Assembly (NCBI GenBank): GCA_004293915.1
Contig: RDZG01000057.1
Coordinates: 1-64,000, forward strand
Source of the DNA: Bacteroidota bacterium
GTDB taxonomy: Bacteria > Bacteroidota > Bacteroidia > Cytophagales > UBA9547
Direction: 5' to 3'
Length of the DNA stretch: 64,000 nucleotides
The position numbers and the translations under genes were made by a program. Under the pieces are notes generated by a model. The model did no database searches and had not been told where the DNA came from. It worked only from the letters and a program-made list of their open reading frames with translations. Positions 10,245 to 19,893 of the stretch are shown one piece after another; within the stretch, counting starts at the first letter, position 1, and each line of letters opens with the position of its first letter.

Positions 10245-10748
10245 ATGAAAGATATCATAAAATACATATTGGTCTTTTTTGTAGTTGTATTAATAGGATG
10301 TTATAAAGGCGAGCCTGTACCTTCTAGAGAAACAAAATACAAACCAATCATCATGCGAAGGAGTGAAGTAGAAAAAAGTATCAAAATAGTAGCGCCAAAG
10401 CCTATAGTAGCTCCAAAGAAAATTTATATTTATAAAAACTATTTATTTATAAACGAAAACAAAAAAGGCGTACATATTCTAAATAATAAAAACCCTGAAA
10501 GTCCCATTAATTTAGGTTTTTTACTTATTCTAGGCAACGAAGATATAGCCATTAAAAACGATGTAATATATGCAGATAATGGCACAGATTTAATTGCAAT
10601 CGACATGAAAGACCCTCTAAATCCAATTGTTACAACCAGAATTAGAAATAAATTAATGGAAAAATCTCCACCAGATTATGGCGATATTCCAAATGAATAT
10701 AGAATTAAAAACAGACCTAATGAAACCATTATTATGGGTTGGGAGTAA
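10245..10748 (+). CDS. Lipoprotein, hypothetical
   Basis: Signal peptide with lipobox MKDIIKYILVFFVVVLIGC. Overlaps the next gene by 29 nt in a different frame. Confidence 0.45.
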   Translation: MKDIIKYILVFFVVVLIGCYKGEPVPSRETKYKPIIMRRSEVEKSIKIVAPKPIVAPKKIYIYKNYLFINENKKGVHILNNKNPESPINLGFLLILGNEDIAIKNDVIYADNGTDLIAIDMKDPLNPIVTTRIRNKLMEKSPPDYGDIPNEYRIKNRPNETIIMGWE

Positions 10749-11475
10749 AATTCCAGTCCTTTTACCGATTCTTTTTTTAGCTAATTGTGGCTATAAAAGC
10801 GATATTACTTTGCCAAATGGAGGCACAAATCAGCCAGCAACTGGGCAAGGTGGCTCTTTGGCACGCTTTTCTATATACCAAGATTATCTATATGTGGTTG
10901 ATGATAGAAACCTTAATACATTTAGTATCAAAGACAACCTCAAACCAACGATTGTTGATATTCAGGAAGTTGGCGATAGAATTCAAACTATTTATAATTT
11001 TAAAAATAGACTTTATGTAGGCTCTGAGCGTGGCGTGTATTTTTATTCGATTACATATCCAGATTCACCTGTGCTAATCTCAAATTTTAGCCATCAGTGG
11101 AGTTGCGATCCTGTGGTTGCAGACGACACATTAGCTTATGTAACCTTAAGCAGTAGCCCAAATGCGTGCAGAACGGGTGTAAATCAATTGAATATTTTAA
11201 ATATAAAAACAATTGAAAGCCCAAAACTTATACGTTCAATACAAATGAATAATCCGCTTGGAATGGCACTTACAAAAGATTATTTGTTGATTTGCAACAA
11301 TGCCGTTTATGTGTATAAGCGAAAGGGAGATGACATTGAACTGAAATCAAAAACAGAATTTATCAATGCAAAAGATATTATTTTGAGCGATAGTTTGGCA
11401 ATTGTAACAACCACAAAAGGTGTTTTTCAATTCAAATTTAAAAACGAAAATCTAACTTTTCTTTCTAAAATATAA
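10720..11475 (+). CDS. Lipoprotein, LVIVD-repeat/beta-propeller-like
   Basis: Internal start MKPLLWVGSKIPVLLPILFLANC gives a clean lipoprotein signal. Repeated YVVDD and YVGSERG beta-strand motifs. Confidence 0.45.
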   Translation: MKPLLWVGSKIPVLLPILFLANCGYKSDITLPNGGTNQPATGQGGSLARFSIYQDYLYVVDDRNLNTFSIKDNLKPTIVDIQEVGDRIQTIYNFKNRLYVGSERGVYFYSITYPDSPVLISNFSHQWSCDPVVADDTLAYVTLSSSPNACRTGVNQLNILNIKTIESPKLIRSIQMNNPLGMALTKDYLLICNNAVYVYKRKGDDIELKSKTEFINAKDIILSDSLAIVTTTKGVFQFKFKNENLTFLSKI

Positions 11476-12155
11476 TGAAACTAAAAAAACCACTTTTGAT
11501 ATTTTGCATTTTTGTTTCGGCAATTGCACAAGCACAAGATACAACGGCACATTTTTCAATAAAGCTAAATCCACAGCATTTGCTAGTGAGAGCATTTCGA
11601 TTAGATTTTGAATACATGTTCAAAAAATCTATACACGGAATTGTGCTTGCACCATCCTTATACACTGGGCTTTATAAAACATCTTCCGTTGTTAGCGCTT
11701 CTAATAACAACGAATATGTTTCTGATAAAATATCAGGTTGGGGTGTAGAATTGTTTCATAAAATATATGTTTTAAATATTAAAGATGATTTTGAAATGCG
11801 ACATAAAGTGTATCTGAGTTATGGCATAAATCAGCAATTTATAAAAGCTCAAATTTATGATATTGGATATTATGAGCTACAAAATGCAGATGGAATAAAT
11901 CAAATTTATTATGGACAAAAAGACTTTATACAAAACTTTGATCGAAAAGGTGCGGCACTTCAAGTGGGTTACGAATCAGTAATATACAATAGAATTGTAT
12001 TTGATTTGTATTTAGGTATTGCTTATAGGCACACAAAAAAAGAATCTACAGAGCTAAAAGTATTAAACGAAAGATACAACGAATTTAGCTGGGAGTATGG
12101 ATTTTCGGGCTTAGAACCACGAATAGGACTCAGATTAGGCATTTTTATACTTTAA
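11475..12155 (+). CDS. Outer-membrane beta-barrel protein, hypothetical
   Basis: 226 aa. Signal peptide ...AIAQAQ. Alternating hydrophobic pattern. C-terminal aromatic residue. Confidence 0.45.
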   Translation: MKLKKPLLIFCIFVSAIAQAQDTTAHFSIKLNPQHLLVRAFRLDFEYMFKKSIHGIVLAPSLYTGLYKTSSVVSASNNNEYVSDKISGWGVELFHKIYVLNIKDDFEMRHKVYLSYGINQQFIKAQIYDIGYYELQNADGINQIYYGQKDFIQNFDRKGAALQVGYESVIYNRIVFDLYLGIAYRHTKKESTELKVLNERYNEFSWEYGFSGLEPRIGLRLGIFIL

Positions 12156-12217
12156 TTTTAAGATTTTTTAATAATATTCAAAAACTTTATAAGTAAAATT
12201 GTAGGTTTGCTTATATA

Positions 12218-13966
12218 TTGAATATGAGAAAAAATAGTTTTGTTTTAGTTGTATTGTTTTTTTCAAAACTGGCATTTTGCCAAAATTTAGATTCGCTTCG
12301 TGGATTTGAAAAATATTACAGACCTTCAATCACTTTTTTGTTTTTAAATCAACCGAAAGAAAGGTATAATGAAGTTTTGAAAAATAATTTTTCAAAAATA
12401 AAAGTAAACGACAAATTCAACGACCATAGAATCGATAATAAATCGTTTATAACTTATGATATTTCTGGCGGAAATCCCTATTCAAACAAAGAATCGAGCA
12501 TCAAAGAAATACTTTTGGCAGATGATATTCAACGAAAAGTAATATCAAAATGGTATAATCAACAACCCGATGGGAGTTTTTCGATGGATTTTATTGCCAA
12601 ACGTGGACTTTATAATGCTAGCGATTATGATGTGATGCGAGCAAAGGCTGGAGCTCGTGGTGCTTCCGAACTCGAAGATGCAGGCGAAAATTTGATAAAG
12701 AAATCCTATATTTTGGTTTTCGATTTTTTGGGTGTAGAAACTTGGGACGATTTTTACGATCGACAAGATGCTCAATATGAGCGTATTGCAAGAGCCCGAA
12801 AGGAAAAGCCTCGAAAAGCAATTCGTACTTATGTAGGATATAGAGGAAACTCAATTGCCTATTTATACAAAGTAAATTGGGACGATACCACACAACAAGT
12901 TTTTTATGAAAAAGCGTGGAAAAACCCTGCATTTTTTAAAAAAATGAATATTTCATTTCAATTTGTTGAAACTATTTACATACAAGATTTAGACGGGAAA
13001 CAATCTCGATTTAATCAATATATGTCTGATAATGAGCTTGCCCAAATGCTCGAACAAGATGCTGCCGAGTCGGCTTTGTTGCAATTATCAAAAGAAAAAT
13101 CGGAGTTTAGAGTAAAAACTTCAGTTTTTTCCACAAAACCAATTACAGCAAAAGTAGGTAAAAAAGAATCCGTTTTTATAGACCAACCATTTTTTGTGTA
13201 TGAACTAGAACAAGGCGAAAACGACAAAAAAATACCTGTAAAAAAAGGTGTAATTAGAGCCACTAAAAAAATAACAGATAATAGGCAAGATGCTACAGGA
13301 AATTCTGTTCCAACTCAATTTTACCAAGAATCGGGCAAAAAAATCTATCCTGGCATGTTAATCGAGCAGCAATATGATATTGGCGGAAGTTTTTGGATGG
13401 GTTGGCAAACACAAGTACTTACAGGTCCATTTATCCGTTTAGATTATAACCTTTCGAGCCTTTTCAATGTGTCGCAATTGCGGTTATATGTGCAAGGTTA
13501 TTTGGGTTTTGGAAGTGTAAAATTTGGGAATAGTGGCAATTCTTACACCGTTTTTAGCCGTGGAGTAGAAGTTGGAATGAGCAAAACGTATCCAATTTTA
13601 CGAAACATACATCTCGAACCTAATATTGGTTTTATTTTTGATACCACAAATGTTCAAAATGTAAATGCTACGGATAAAGACAAGTTGAAAACAGCAAAAA
13701 TAGATTTAGGTCTAACCCAATTTGCTTTTACAGTTGGTTTGCGAATGCCCATTAATCTTTCGGCAAATATTCAGTTAGTGCCTGCAATTTCTGTAAATTC
13801 ATTATCATATAGTTCAAATGCATCGCTTTTTGGTCGAAATTTACCCCAAAATCTGCCATCAAATATTTTGGGTTTAGACGGAAATCAATCGGGTTCTTCA
13901 AATGCAAATGCACATTTGGGTCGAACACCTATTAATTGGAGTGTATCATTTCGATTTAAGTTTTGA
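12218..13966 (+). CDS. Secreted/outer-membrane hypothetical protein
   Basis: 582 aa. Signal peptide. C-terminal region beta-barrel-like and ends RFKF. Confidence 0.45.
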   Translation: MNMRKNSFVLVVLFFSKLAFCQNLDSLRGFEKYYRPSITFLFLNQPKERYNEVLKNNFSKIKVNDKFNDHRIDNKSFITYDISGGNPYSNKESSIKEILLADDIQRKVISKWYNQQPDGSFSMDFIAKRGLYNASDYDVMRAKAGARGASELEDAGENLIKKSYILVFDFLGVETWDDFYDRQDAQYERIARARKEKPRKAIRTYVGYRGNSIAYLYKVNWDDTTQQVFYEKAWKNPAFFKKMNISFQFVETIYIQDLDGKQSRFNQYMSDNELAQMLEQDAAESALLQLSKEKSEFRVKTSVFSTKPITAKVGKKESVFIDQPFFVYELEQGENDKKIPVKKGVIRATKKITDNRQDATGNSVPTQFYQESGKKIYPGMLIEQQYDIGGSFWMGWQTQVLTGPFIRLDYNLSSLFNVSQLRLYVQGYLGFGSVKFGNSGNSYTVFSRGVEVGMSKTYPILRNIHLEPNIGFIFDTTNVQNVNATDKDKLKTAKIDLGLTQFAFTVGLRMPINLSANIQLVPAISVNSLSYSSNASLFGRNLPQNLPSNILGLDGNQSGSSNANAHLGRTPINWSVSFRFKF

Positions 13967-14883
13967 TGAAAAACATTAAAAGATATATTCGGCAATATTT
14001 CGATTTTTCGCAACGAGAAACAAACGGGTTTTTGCTATTAAGCTTTTTAATTTTAATATTGATTTTAGCTCCGTTTTTGTTTCAAAAATTTTATCCAAAC
14101 AATACAGATAGCGATAAAATTGATACTCAAAAACTCGATAGTTTGTTAGCATCTATCGAAGTAGATTCTAGTGCTGAAAAATCAACTTTCAATTTTGAAA
14201 AATCAGAACAAAAATCCATTGAAATTTCTTTATTTCAATTTAATCCAAACCTGATTTCGGCAGCCGAATTTCAAAAACTAGGTGTTAAAAAATATATTGC
14301 CGAACGAATAATAAAATACAAACAAAAAGGTGGTGTTTTTAAAACAAAAACAGACCTAAAACGCATTTATGGATTTGATTCTGTGCAGTTTACAAAACTA
14401 AATCCATATATTTTGTTGCCCGAAAAAACTTCTTTTACTAAAATAGAAACCCAAAAAGAATTCAAATCAGTGCCAAAAATAATTGTGTTTGATATTAATT
14501 TAGCTGATTCGGCACAACTCGAAAAAGTATATGGAATTGGTGCAAAACTAGCTGCTCGGATTCTGAAATACAGAAATAAATTGGGTGGATTTGTATCAAA
14601 AAATCAGTTAAAAGAAGTTTATGGATTAGATTCTGTGGTTTTGGACGAGCTAAACAAAAAAACAACTATTGCGGCAGATTTTATTCCCCAAAAAATAAAA
14701 ATCAATCAAACTACGTTTGAAGAATTGAAATCTCACCCCTATTTTGGATATAAAAATGCAAAAGTAATATTGGCATATAAATCAACTCACGGCAAAATAA
14801 TTGATAAAGAAGATTTAAAAAACATAAAAATACTATCAAAAGAAGAAATAGAAAAAATGGTTTCCTATCTTGATTTTGAATAA
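13963..14883 (+). CDS. comEA: ComEA-family helix-hairpin-helix DNA-binding protein
   Basis: Three tandem HhH repeats (AAEFQKLGV..., LEKVYGIGAKLAARIL..., FEELKSHPYFG...). N-terminal TM helix. Confidence 0.7.
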   Translation: MMKNIKRYIRQYFDFSQRETNGFLLLSFLILILILAPFLFQKFYPNNTDSDKIDTQKLDSLLASIEVDSSAEKSTFNFEKSEQKSIEISLFQFNPNLISAAEFQKLGVKKYIAERIIKYKQKGGVFKTKTDLKRIYGFDSVQFTKLNPYILLPEKTSFTKIETQKEFKSVPKIIVFDINLADSAQLEKVYGIGAKLAARILKYRNKLGGFVSKNQLKEVYGLDSVVLDELNKKTTIAADFIPQKIKINQTTFEELKSHPYFGYKNAKVILAYKSTHGKIIDKEDLKNIKILSKEEIEKMVSYLDFE

Positions 14884-15320
14884 AAAAAGATGCCATAATA
14901 TTTTGTATATTAAATCTAGTAAGACTAGAAATATTATCTATCCACAATAGTTTTTATGTAAATTTGTAAAATGATTACAAAACGATTAAGTTTATATGTT
15001 GATACTTCCGTTCACCAAAAGACATTATCAATTAAGGAGAATAGCAACAAAAAAGACACAATTATAAAAGATATGGACTTTGAACAGATAAAAAGCTATT
15101 TTGTAGAACGTAAATTAAAGTTGGCTGATAAATAAAACTTCCTGTACAAGATTTGAAAAATGGATATTGAATGCTATTTGAACTTTTGTGCCAAACCCCC
15201 GAAATTTGATTAAATTTCAATACCAAAATTTCTAATTCCTGCCAAAATTTCAGTTTTTTTTATTCAGGTATATTTTTTGATTATCTAATTTCACATTCAT
15301 AAAATAATTTAAATAAAGTC

Positions 15321-17138
15321 ATGCAAGAAAAAGGCACTCTTTCGATTCATACCGAAAACATATTTCCAATCATTAAAAAGTTTTTGTATTCAGATCACGA
15401 AATATTTTTAAGAGAATTGGTTTCAAATGCACAAGATGCTACCCAAAAGCTCAAAAAACTGGCTTCGATGGCAGAATATAAAGGCGAACTTGGCGACTTA
15501 AAACTAAAAGTTAGTATTGACGAAACCGCCAAAACATTGACAATCAGCGACCGAGGAATAGGACTTACTGCTGATGAAATGAAAAAATACATCAACCAAA
15601 TTGCTTTTTCGGGTGCTACCGAATTTGTTGAAAAATTTAAAGACAAACTCGACAATCCGCAAGATATTATCGGGAAATTTGGGTTAGGTTTTTACTCTGC
15701 TTTTATGGTTGCCGAACGTGTAGAAATCGTTTCGCTTTCGTATCAAGATGGTGCAAAAGCTGCCAAATGGAGCTGCACAGGCACAACAGATTACGAAATT
15801 ACAGAAACCGAAAAAGCCGAACGTGGCTCCGATGTAATACTTTATATTAACGAAGAAAGTAGTGAGTTTTTAGAAAAAGCCAGAATCGAATCTATTTTAA
15901 CAAAATATTGTAAATTCTTGCCTATCGAAATAGAATTTGATGGCAAAACGATAAATAACCCAAATCCAATTTGGACAAAAGCACCTGCCGAATTAAAAGA
16001 CGAAGATTATCTAAATTTCTATAAAGAATTATATCCTTTTACCGAAGACCCACTTTTTTGGATTCACTTAAATGTTGATTATCCGTTTAATCTTACGGGT
16101 GTTTTGTATTTTCCAAAAGTAAAACAAGAGTTTGAATTACAAAAAAACAAGATACAACTCTATAGCCGTCAGGTGTTTATCACAGACGAAGTTAAAGATG
16201 TAGTGCCAGAGTTTTTGATGTTGATGCACGGAGTGATTGATTCGCCAGATATTCCATTGAATGTATCGCGAAGCTATTTGCAAGCCGATGGAAATGTGAA
16301 AAAAATCAATTCACACATCACCAAAAAAGTGGCAGACAAACTTGGCGAACTTTTCAAAACAGATCGCACTGGCTTTGAACAAAAATGGGATAGCATTGGT
16401 ATTTTTGTTAAATACGGAATGATTACCGAAGACAAATTTTATGACAAAGCAAAAGATTATTGCTTGTTTAAAAACATTGATAATCAGTATTTTACGTTTG
16501 ATGAATACCGTGAAAAAATACAAGTTTTGCAAGAAGACAAAGATAAAAAAGTAGTTTATATTTATTCTAACGACCCTGGCAAACAAGATGCTTACATTCA
16601 GTCGGCACACAAAAAATCGTATGATGTTTTACGATTCGAAAGCCCAATTGATACCCATTTTGTTGGACATTTGGAACGCAAACTCGAAAACTCTACGTTC
16701 AAACGCATCGATTCTGATATAGCTGACAAATTAGTTGAAAAAGATATCAAAATGGAAAGCATTTTGACAGATGGACAAAAAGAAGAAATCAAAATGCTTT
16801 TCGACAAAGTAATTAACGATAAAAATTATACCGTAAATATCGAACCACTTTCGGCAGACGAAATGCCAGTTTCGGTTACTTTACCCGAATTTATGCGAAG
16901 AATGAAAGAAATGAGCATGGGTGGCGGAATGGCTTTTATGGGCAATATGCCTGATAATTATTCGGTTGTAGTAAATGCAAATCATCCTTTGATGCAAAAA
17001 ATAATTTCGGCATCATCGACTGAAAACAAAGAATTGGTTGCAAAATATGCTTTCGATTTGGGCTTATTGAGCCAAAATTTACTTTCTGGTTCGGCACTCA
17101 CTTCGTTTATAAACCGAAGCGTTGCTTTAGCGGTATAG
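15321..17138 (+). CDS. htpG: Molecular chaperone HtpG (Hsp90)
   Basis: 605 aa. N-terminal GHKL motifs ELVSNAQDA and GxGxG. Hsp90 middle and C-terminal domains. Confidence 0.9.
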   Translation: MQEKGTLSIHTENIFPIIKKFLYSDHEIFLRELVSNAQDATQKLKKLASMAEYKGELGDLKLKVSIDETAKTLTISDRGIGLTADEMKKYINQIAFSGATEFVEKFKDKLDNPQDIIGKFGLGFYSAFMVAERVEIVSLSYQDGAKAAKWSCTGTTDYEITETEKAERGSDVILYINEESSEFLEKARIESILTKYCKFLPIEIEFDGKTINNPNPIWTKAPAELKDEDYLNFYKELYPFTEDPLFWIHLNVDYPFNLTGVLYFPKVKQEFELQKNKIQLYSRQVFITDEVKDVVPEFLMLMHGVIDSPDIPLNVSRSYLQADGNVKKINSHITKKVADKLGELFKTDRTGFEQKWDSIGIFVKYGMITEDKFYDKAKDYCLFKNIDNQYFTFDEYREKIQVLQEDKDKKVVYIYSNDPGKQDAYIQSAHKKSYDVLRFESPIDTHFVGHLERKLENSTFKRIDSDIADKLVEKDIKMESILTDGQKEEIKMLFDKVINDKNYTVNIEPLSADEMPVSVTLPEFMRRMKEMSMGGGMAFMGNMPDNYSVVVNANHPLMQKIISASSTENKELVAKYAFDLGLLSQNLLSGSALTSFINRSVALAV

Positions 17139-17253
17139 TAAAGTCTAAAAAATAATTACAAATTCCAATTTAACATTTCCCCATTGGGGAAATAAGAAAG
17201 GGGTTTAATAAAATTATAATTGTAACTATTTTTTAGACACAATACAACTTATA

Positions 17254-17297
17254 GGCATAGCAATTTTGATAAAATTAGCTATGCCTTTTTTATTTTT
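17254..17297 (+). terminator. Hairpin plus T-tract, candidate htpG terminator overlapping the tcdA stop
   Basis: GGCATAGC..(loop)..GCTATGCC followed by TTTTTTATTTTT. A second palindrome TTTCCCCATTGGGGAAA lies at 17177-17195. Confidence 0.4.
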
Positions 17298-18022
17298 CGA
17301 TCTGCCAAACCTCTGATTACAACCGAAGCAAGTGTGCATCCAAAAATGGCGGGCATATAAGAAATGGTACCGATAACTGATTTTTTTCGCATATCATCTG
17401 GCGTTGCAATAACTTTATTTTTATCAATTTTTTCGTCCGAAAAAACAACTTTTAAACCCTGAAAAATACCGTGTTTATGCAATTTTTTGCGTACATCACG
17501 AGCCAATGTGCAATTATAACTTTTAGAAATATCTGTAATTTTGACTTTTGAAGGGTCGATTCTGCCTCCAGCACCCATCGAACTTACCAACGGAAGCCTG
17601 CGTTCGATACATTTCATAATCAAATGCACTTTTGGCGAAAGTGTGTCTATGGCATCCACCACATAATTATAGGTATCGGCATCGAGCAATTCATCGCATT
17701 TGGCATCTTTTACATACTCAGGCTTCAAAATCAGTTCGATTTCGGGGTTTATATCTCGCAAACGTTGTGCCAAAACTTCCACTTTAAGCAAGCCTTCGGT
17801 GGTTGCCAAAGCAGGAATTTGTCGATTTCGATTGGTTGGGTCCACCGTATCGGCATCAACCAATGTCATTTTACGGACACCTGCACGGCAAATCATTTCG
17901 GCTGCGATGCCACCAACGCCACCCAAACCAACCACAAGTACATGTGCATCAACAATCTTTTCTACTTTTTCTTCACCCAACAAAATGCCCGTTCGCTGCA
18001 TCCAAGGTCTGATATAACTCAT
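17279..18022 (-). CDS. tcdA: tRNA threonylcarbamoyladenosine dehydratase (ThiF/MoeB-family TcdA/CsdL)
   Basis: 247 aa. VLVVGLGGVGG Rossmann motif and E1-like fold. Length typical for TcdA. Confidence 0.8.
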   Translation of the reverse strand: MSYIRPWMQRTGILLGEEKVEKIVDAHVLVVGLGGVGGIAAEMICRAGVRKMTLVDADTVDPTNRNRQIPALATTEGLLKVEVLAQRLRDINPEIELILKPEYVKDAKCDELLDADTYNYVVDAIDTLSPKVHLIMKCIERRLPLVSSMGAGGRIDPSKVKITDISKSYNCTLARDVRKKLHKHGIFQGLKVVFSDEKIDKNKVIATPDDMRKKSVIGTISYMPAIFGCTLASVVIRGLADRKIKKA

Positions 18023-18177
18023 TTTTGATTTTTTTGTGCAAAGATTTATTTTTTTCGATTGATAAAAAAATTAATGTCGATTTTAGTTTTTTGCCTTAGT
18101 GGACATTTAAGATTAAACCAAAAAATAATTGGTTTGATGTCATGCTTAAATTGTTAAAAAATTAAATCAGTTTATAT

Positions 18178-18591
18178 AAAAACCAAACTTACCCACTTCA
18201 AAACTAAGTTTATTAAGTTCAAAACCAAACTTATCCACTTCAAAACAAAGTTGAGTTACTTTAGAACTAAACTAACTAACTAAAAAACCAAGTTAAGTGA
18301 GTTAAAAACCGAGTTATGTTAGTTAAATACTAAACTTACCCACTTTAAAACTAAGTTGTGTAAGTTTAAAACTAAACTAACTAACTAAAAAACTAAGTTA
18401 AGTGAGTTAAAAACCAAACTGATTGACATAAAAACTGAGTTGTGTGAGTTAAATACTAAACTTACTCACTACAAAACTAAGTTGAGTTACTTTAGAACTA
18501 AACTAACTAACTAAAAAACCAAGTTGAGTGAGTTAAAAACCGAACTTACCCACATCAAAACCGAGTTTACTTCGTTTTGAAGTGGGTAAAA
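18178..18591. repeat. Tandem array of ~18 degenerate 21-bp units ending in a hairpin, bounded by a 16-bp inverted repeat
   Basis: Exact 21-bp register from 18178 (aaaaccaaacttacccacttc / aaaactaagtttattaagttc / ...). TTACCCACTTCAAAAC at 18188-18203 is the reverse complement of GTTTTGAAGTGGGTAA at 18575-18590. Confidence 0.8.
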
Positions 18592-18737
18592 GTAGTATAT
18601 ATGTAATTTATTTAGTGTTTTAGAATATATTTTATTGTTTTATGAATTTAATGATTCATAAAATTGATGCAGGTACTATGATTATACACATCTATATCAG
18701 GCAAAAAAAATTGAATCCTCCAAAAAATGTAAAAATA

Positions 18738-19154
18738 TCAACTATGCTTATCAACAAATTCTTTACAATAGGTTTTTATTAATTCCCTCACAGCCCTAAA
18801 TTGAGCCATAATCTCATCTTCTGAGCCTTTTGCTTTGGCAGGGTCGGGAAAATTATAATGAAACTTTTGGGCTTTAGTCGGGAAATAAGGGCAACGCTCT
18901 TTGGCATTATCGCAAACGGTAATCACAAAATCAAAATCTATATCCAAATATTCGTTTATATTATTTGATGTATGTTGCGAAATATCTATCCCATCTTCTT
19001 GCATAATTAGAATTGCTTTGGGATTAACACCATGTGTTTCCACGCCAGCACTATAAATTTTTACAGCCTTATTTTTAGTAAATTCAGCCAAATAGCCATG
19101 TGCAATCTGACTTCTACAACTGTTTCCTGTGCAAAGCACCAATATATTTTTCAT
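18738..19154 (-). CDS. arsC: Arsenate reductase (LMW-PTP family ArsC)
   Basis: 138 aa. CTGNSCRS P-loop. Conserved downstream Cys residues. Confidence 0.8.
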   Translation of the reverse strand: MKNILVLCTGNSCRSQIAHGYLAEFTKNKAVKIYSAGVETHGVNPKAILIMQEDGIDISQHTSNNINEYLDIDFDFVITVCDNAKERCPYFPTKAQKFHYNFPDPAKAKGSEDEIMAQFRAVRELIKTYCKEFVDKHS

Positions 19155-19315
19155 GTTTTTACGGATTTAATGATTAAACAAAAAGCCAAATTAGATTTAT
19201 CAATGTAAATTTTGGATCAAAACCCCAAATGAGTTGAAGCCCTATAATTGAGGCAGTTATGATGATTGGTTTTTTGTATTTTAAGAATAAATTTTTCATT
19301 TTTAATATATCTGTT

Positions 19316-19846
19316 TTATTTATTTTTTGATTTCAACACTCTTTTGTATCTTGCTCTAAATGAAGGCTTTGCGTATGGAAGTTCGGCTTCTACCAATAAT
19401 TTTAGCTCGGCACACAATTCGGGAAATGGTTTTGCAATCCGAAAACCAACAATAATAGCAGACGAACGAATGGCATCGGTTTCGCTTTTGTTTTCCAAAA
19501 AATCGATGCAAACTTGAAACAACTTGCCCTCAATTTCTTTTGGAATGGCAGAAACCTCAAACATTCTAAAAATATTTCTGCGTACAGCCACATGTTTTGG
19601 GCTGCCTTCGCCAATCATGTATTCAAAAAGCGGAATTAAATACGGTTCAAAAGCCTTTGGCGAAATATCAAACGTTTTTAAAATGGCATAACCCGCTCGT
19701 TGGGTAGTTTTAAAGTCTCCGTGCATAAAAATTTCGATTAATTTTTGCAGATTTACATTGCTCAAAAGTGCCCAATTGGCAATTAGCGATGCTTGTTTGC
19801 TCGAATGTTCTTTTAAAATGGCTTCTTGCAAATCAAATTTTGACAT
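19316..19846 (-). CDS. Hypothetical alpha-helical (HEAT-like) protein, possibly DNA-alkylation-repair-like
   Basis: 176 aa. All-helical. Weak resemblance to the AlkD/AlkC-like family but shorter. Confidence 0.35.
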   Translation of the reverse strand: MSKFDLQEAILKEHSSKQASLIANWALLSNVNLQKLIEIFMHGDFKTTQRAGYAILKTFDISPKAFEPYLIPLFEYMIGEGSPKHVAVRRNIFRMFEVSAIPKEIEGKLFQVCIDFLENKSETDAIRSSAIIVGFRIAKPFPELCAELKLLVEAELPYAKPSFRARYKRVLKSKNK

Positions 19847-19893
19847 CTAATTAATTTTTTAAACTATTTTTACACACTACAAAAGTATTATTT

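Noticed and set aside
10185-11475. Single frameshifted lipoprotein gene instead of two genes
   Set aside because: The second ORF has its own good signal peptide and lipobox (MKPLLWVGSKIPVLLPILFLANC) starting at 10720. Two overlapping genes is more parsimonious, though a fused ancestor cannot be excluded.
18178-18591. Possible CRISPR array
   Set aside because: The units are 21 bp, contiguous and degenerate, with no unique spacers and no cas genes nearby. It is a tandem minisatellite, not repeat-spacer architecture.
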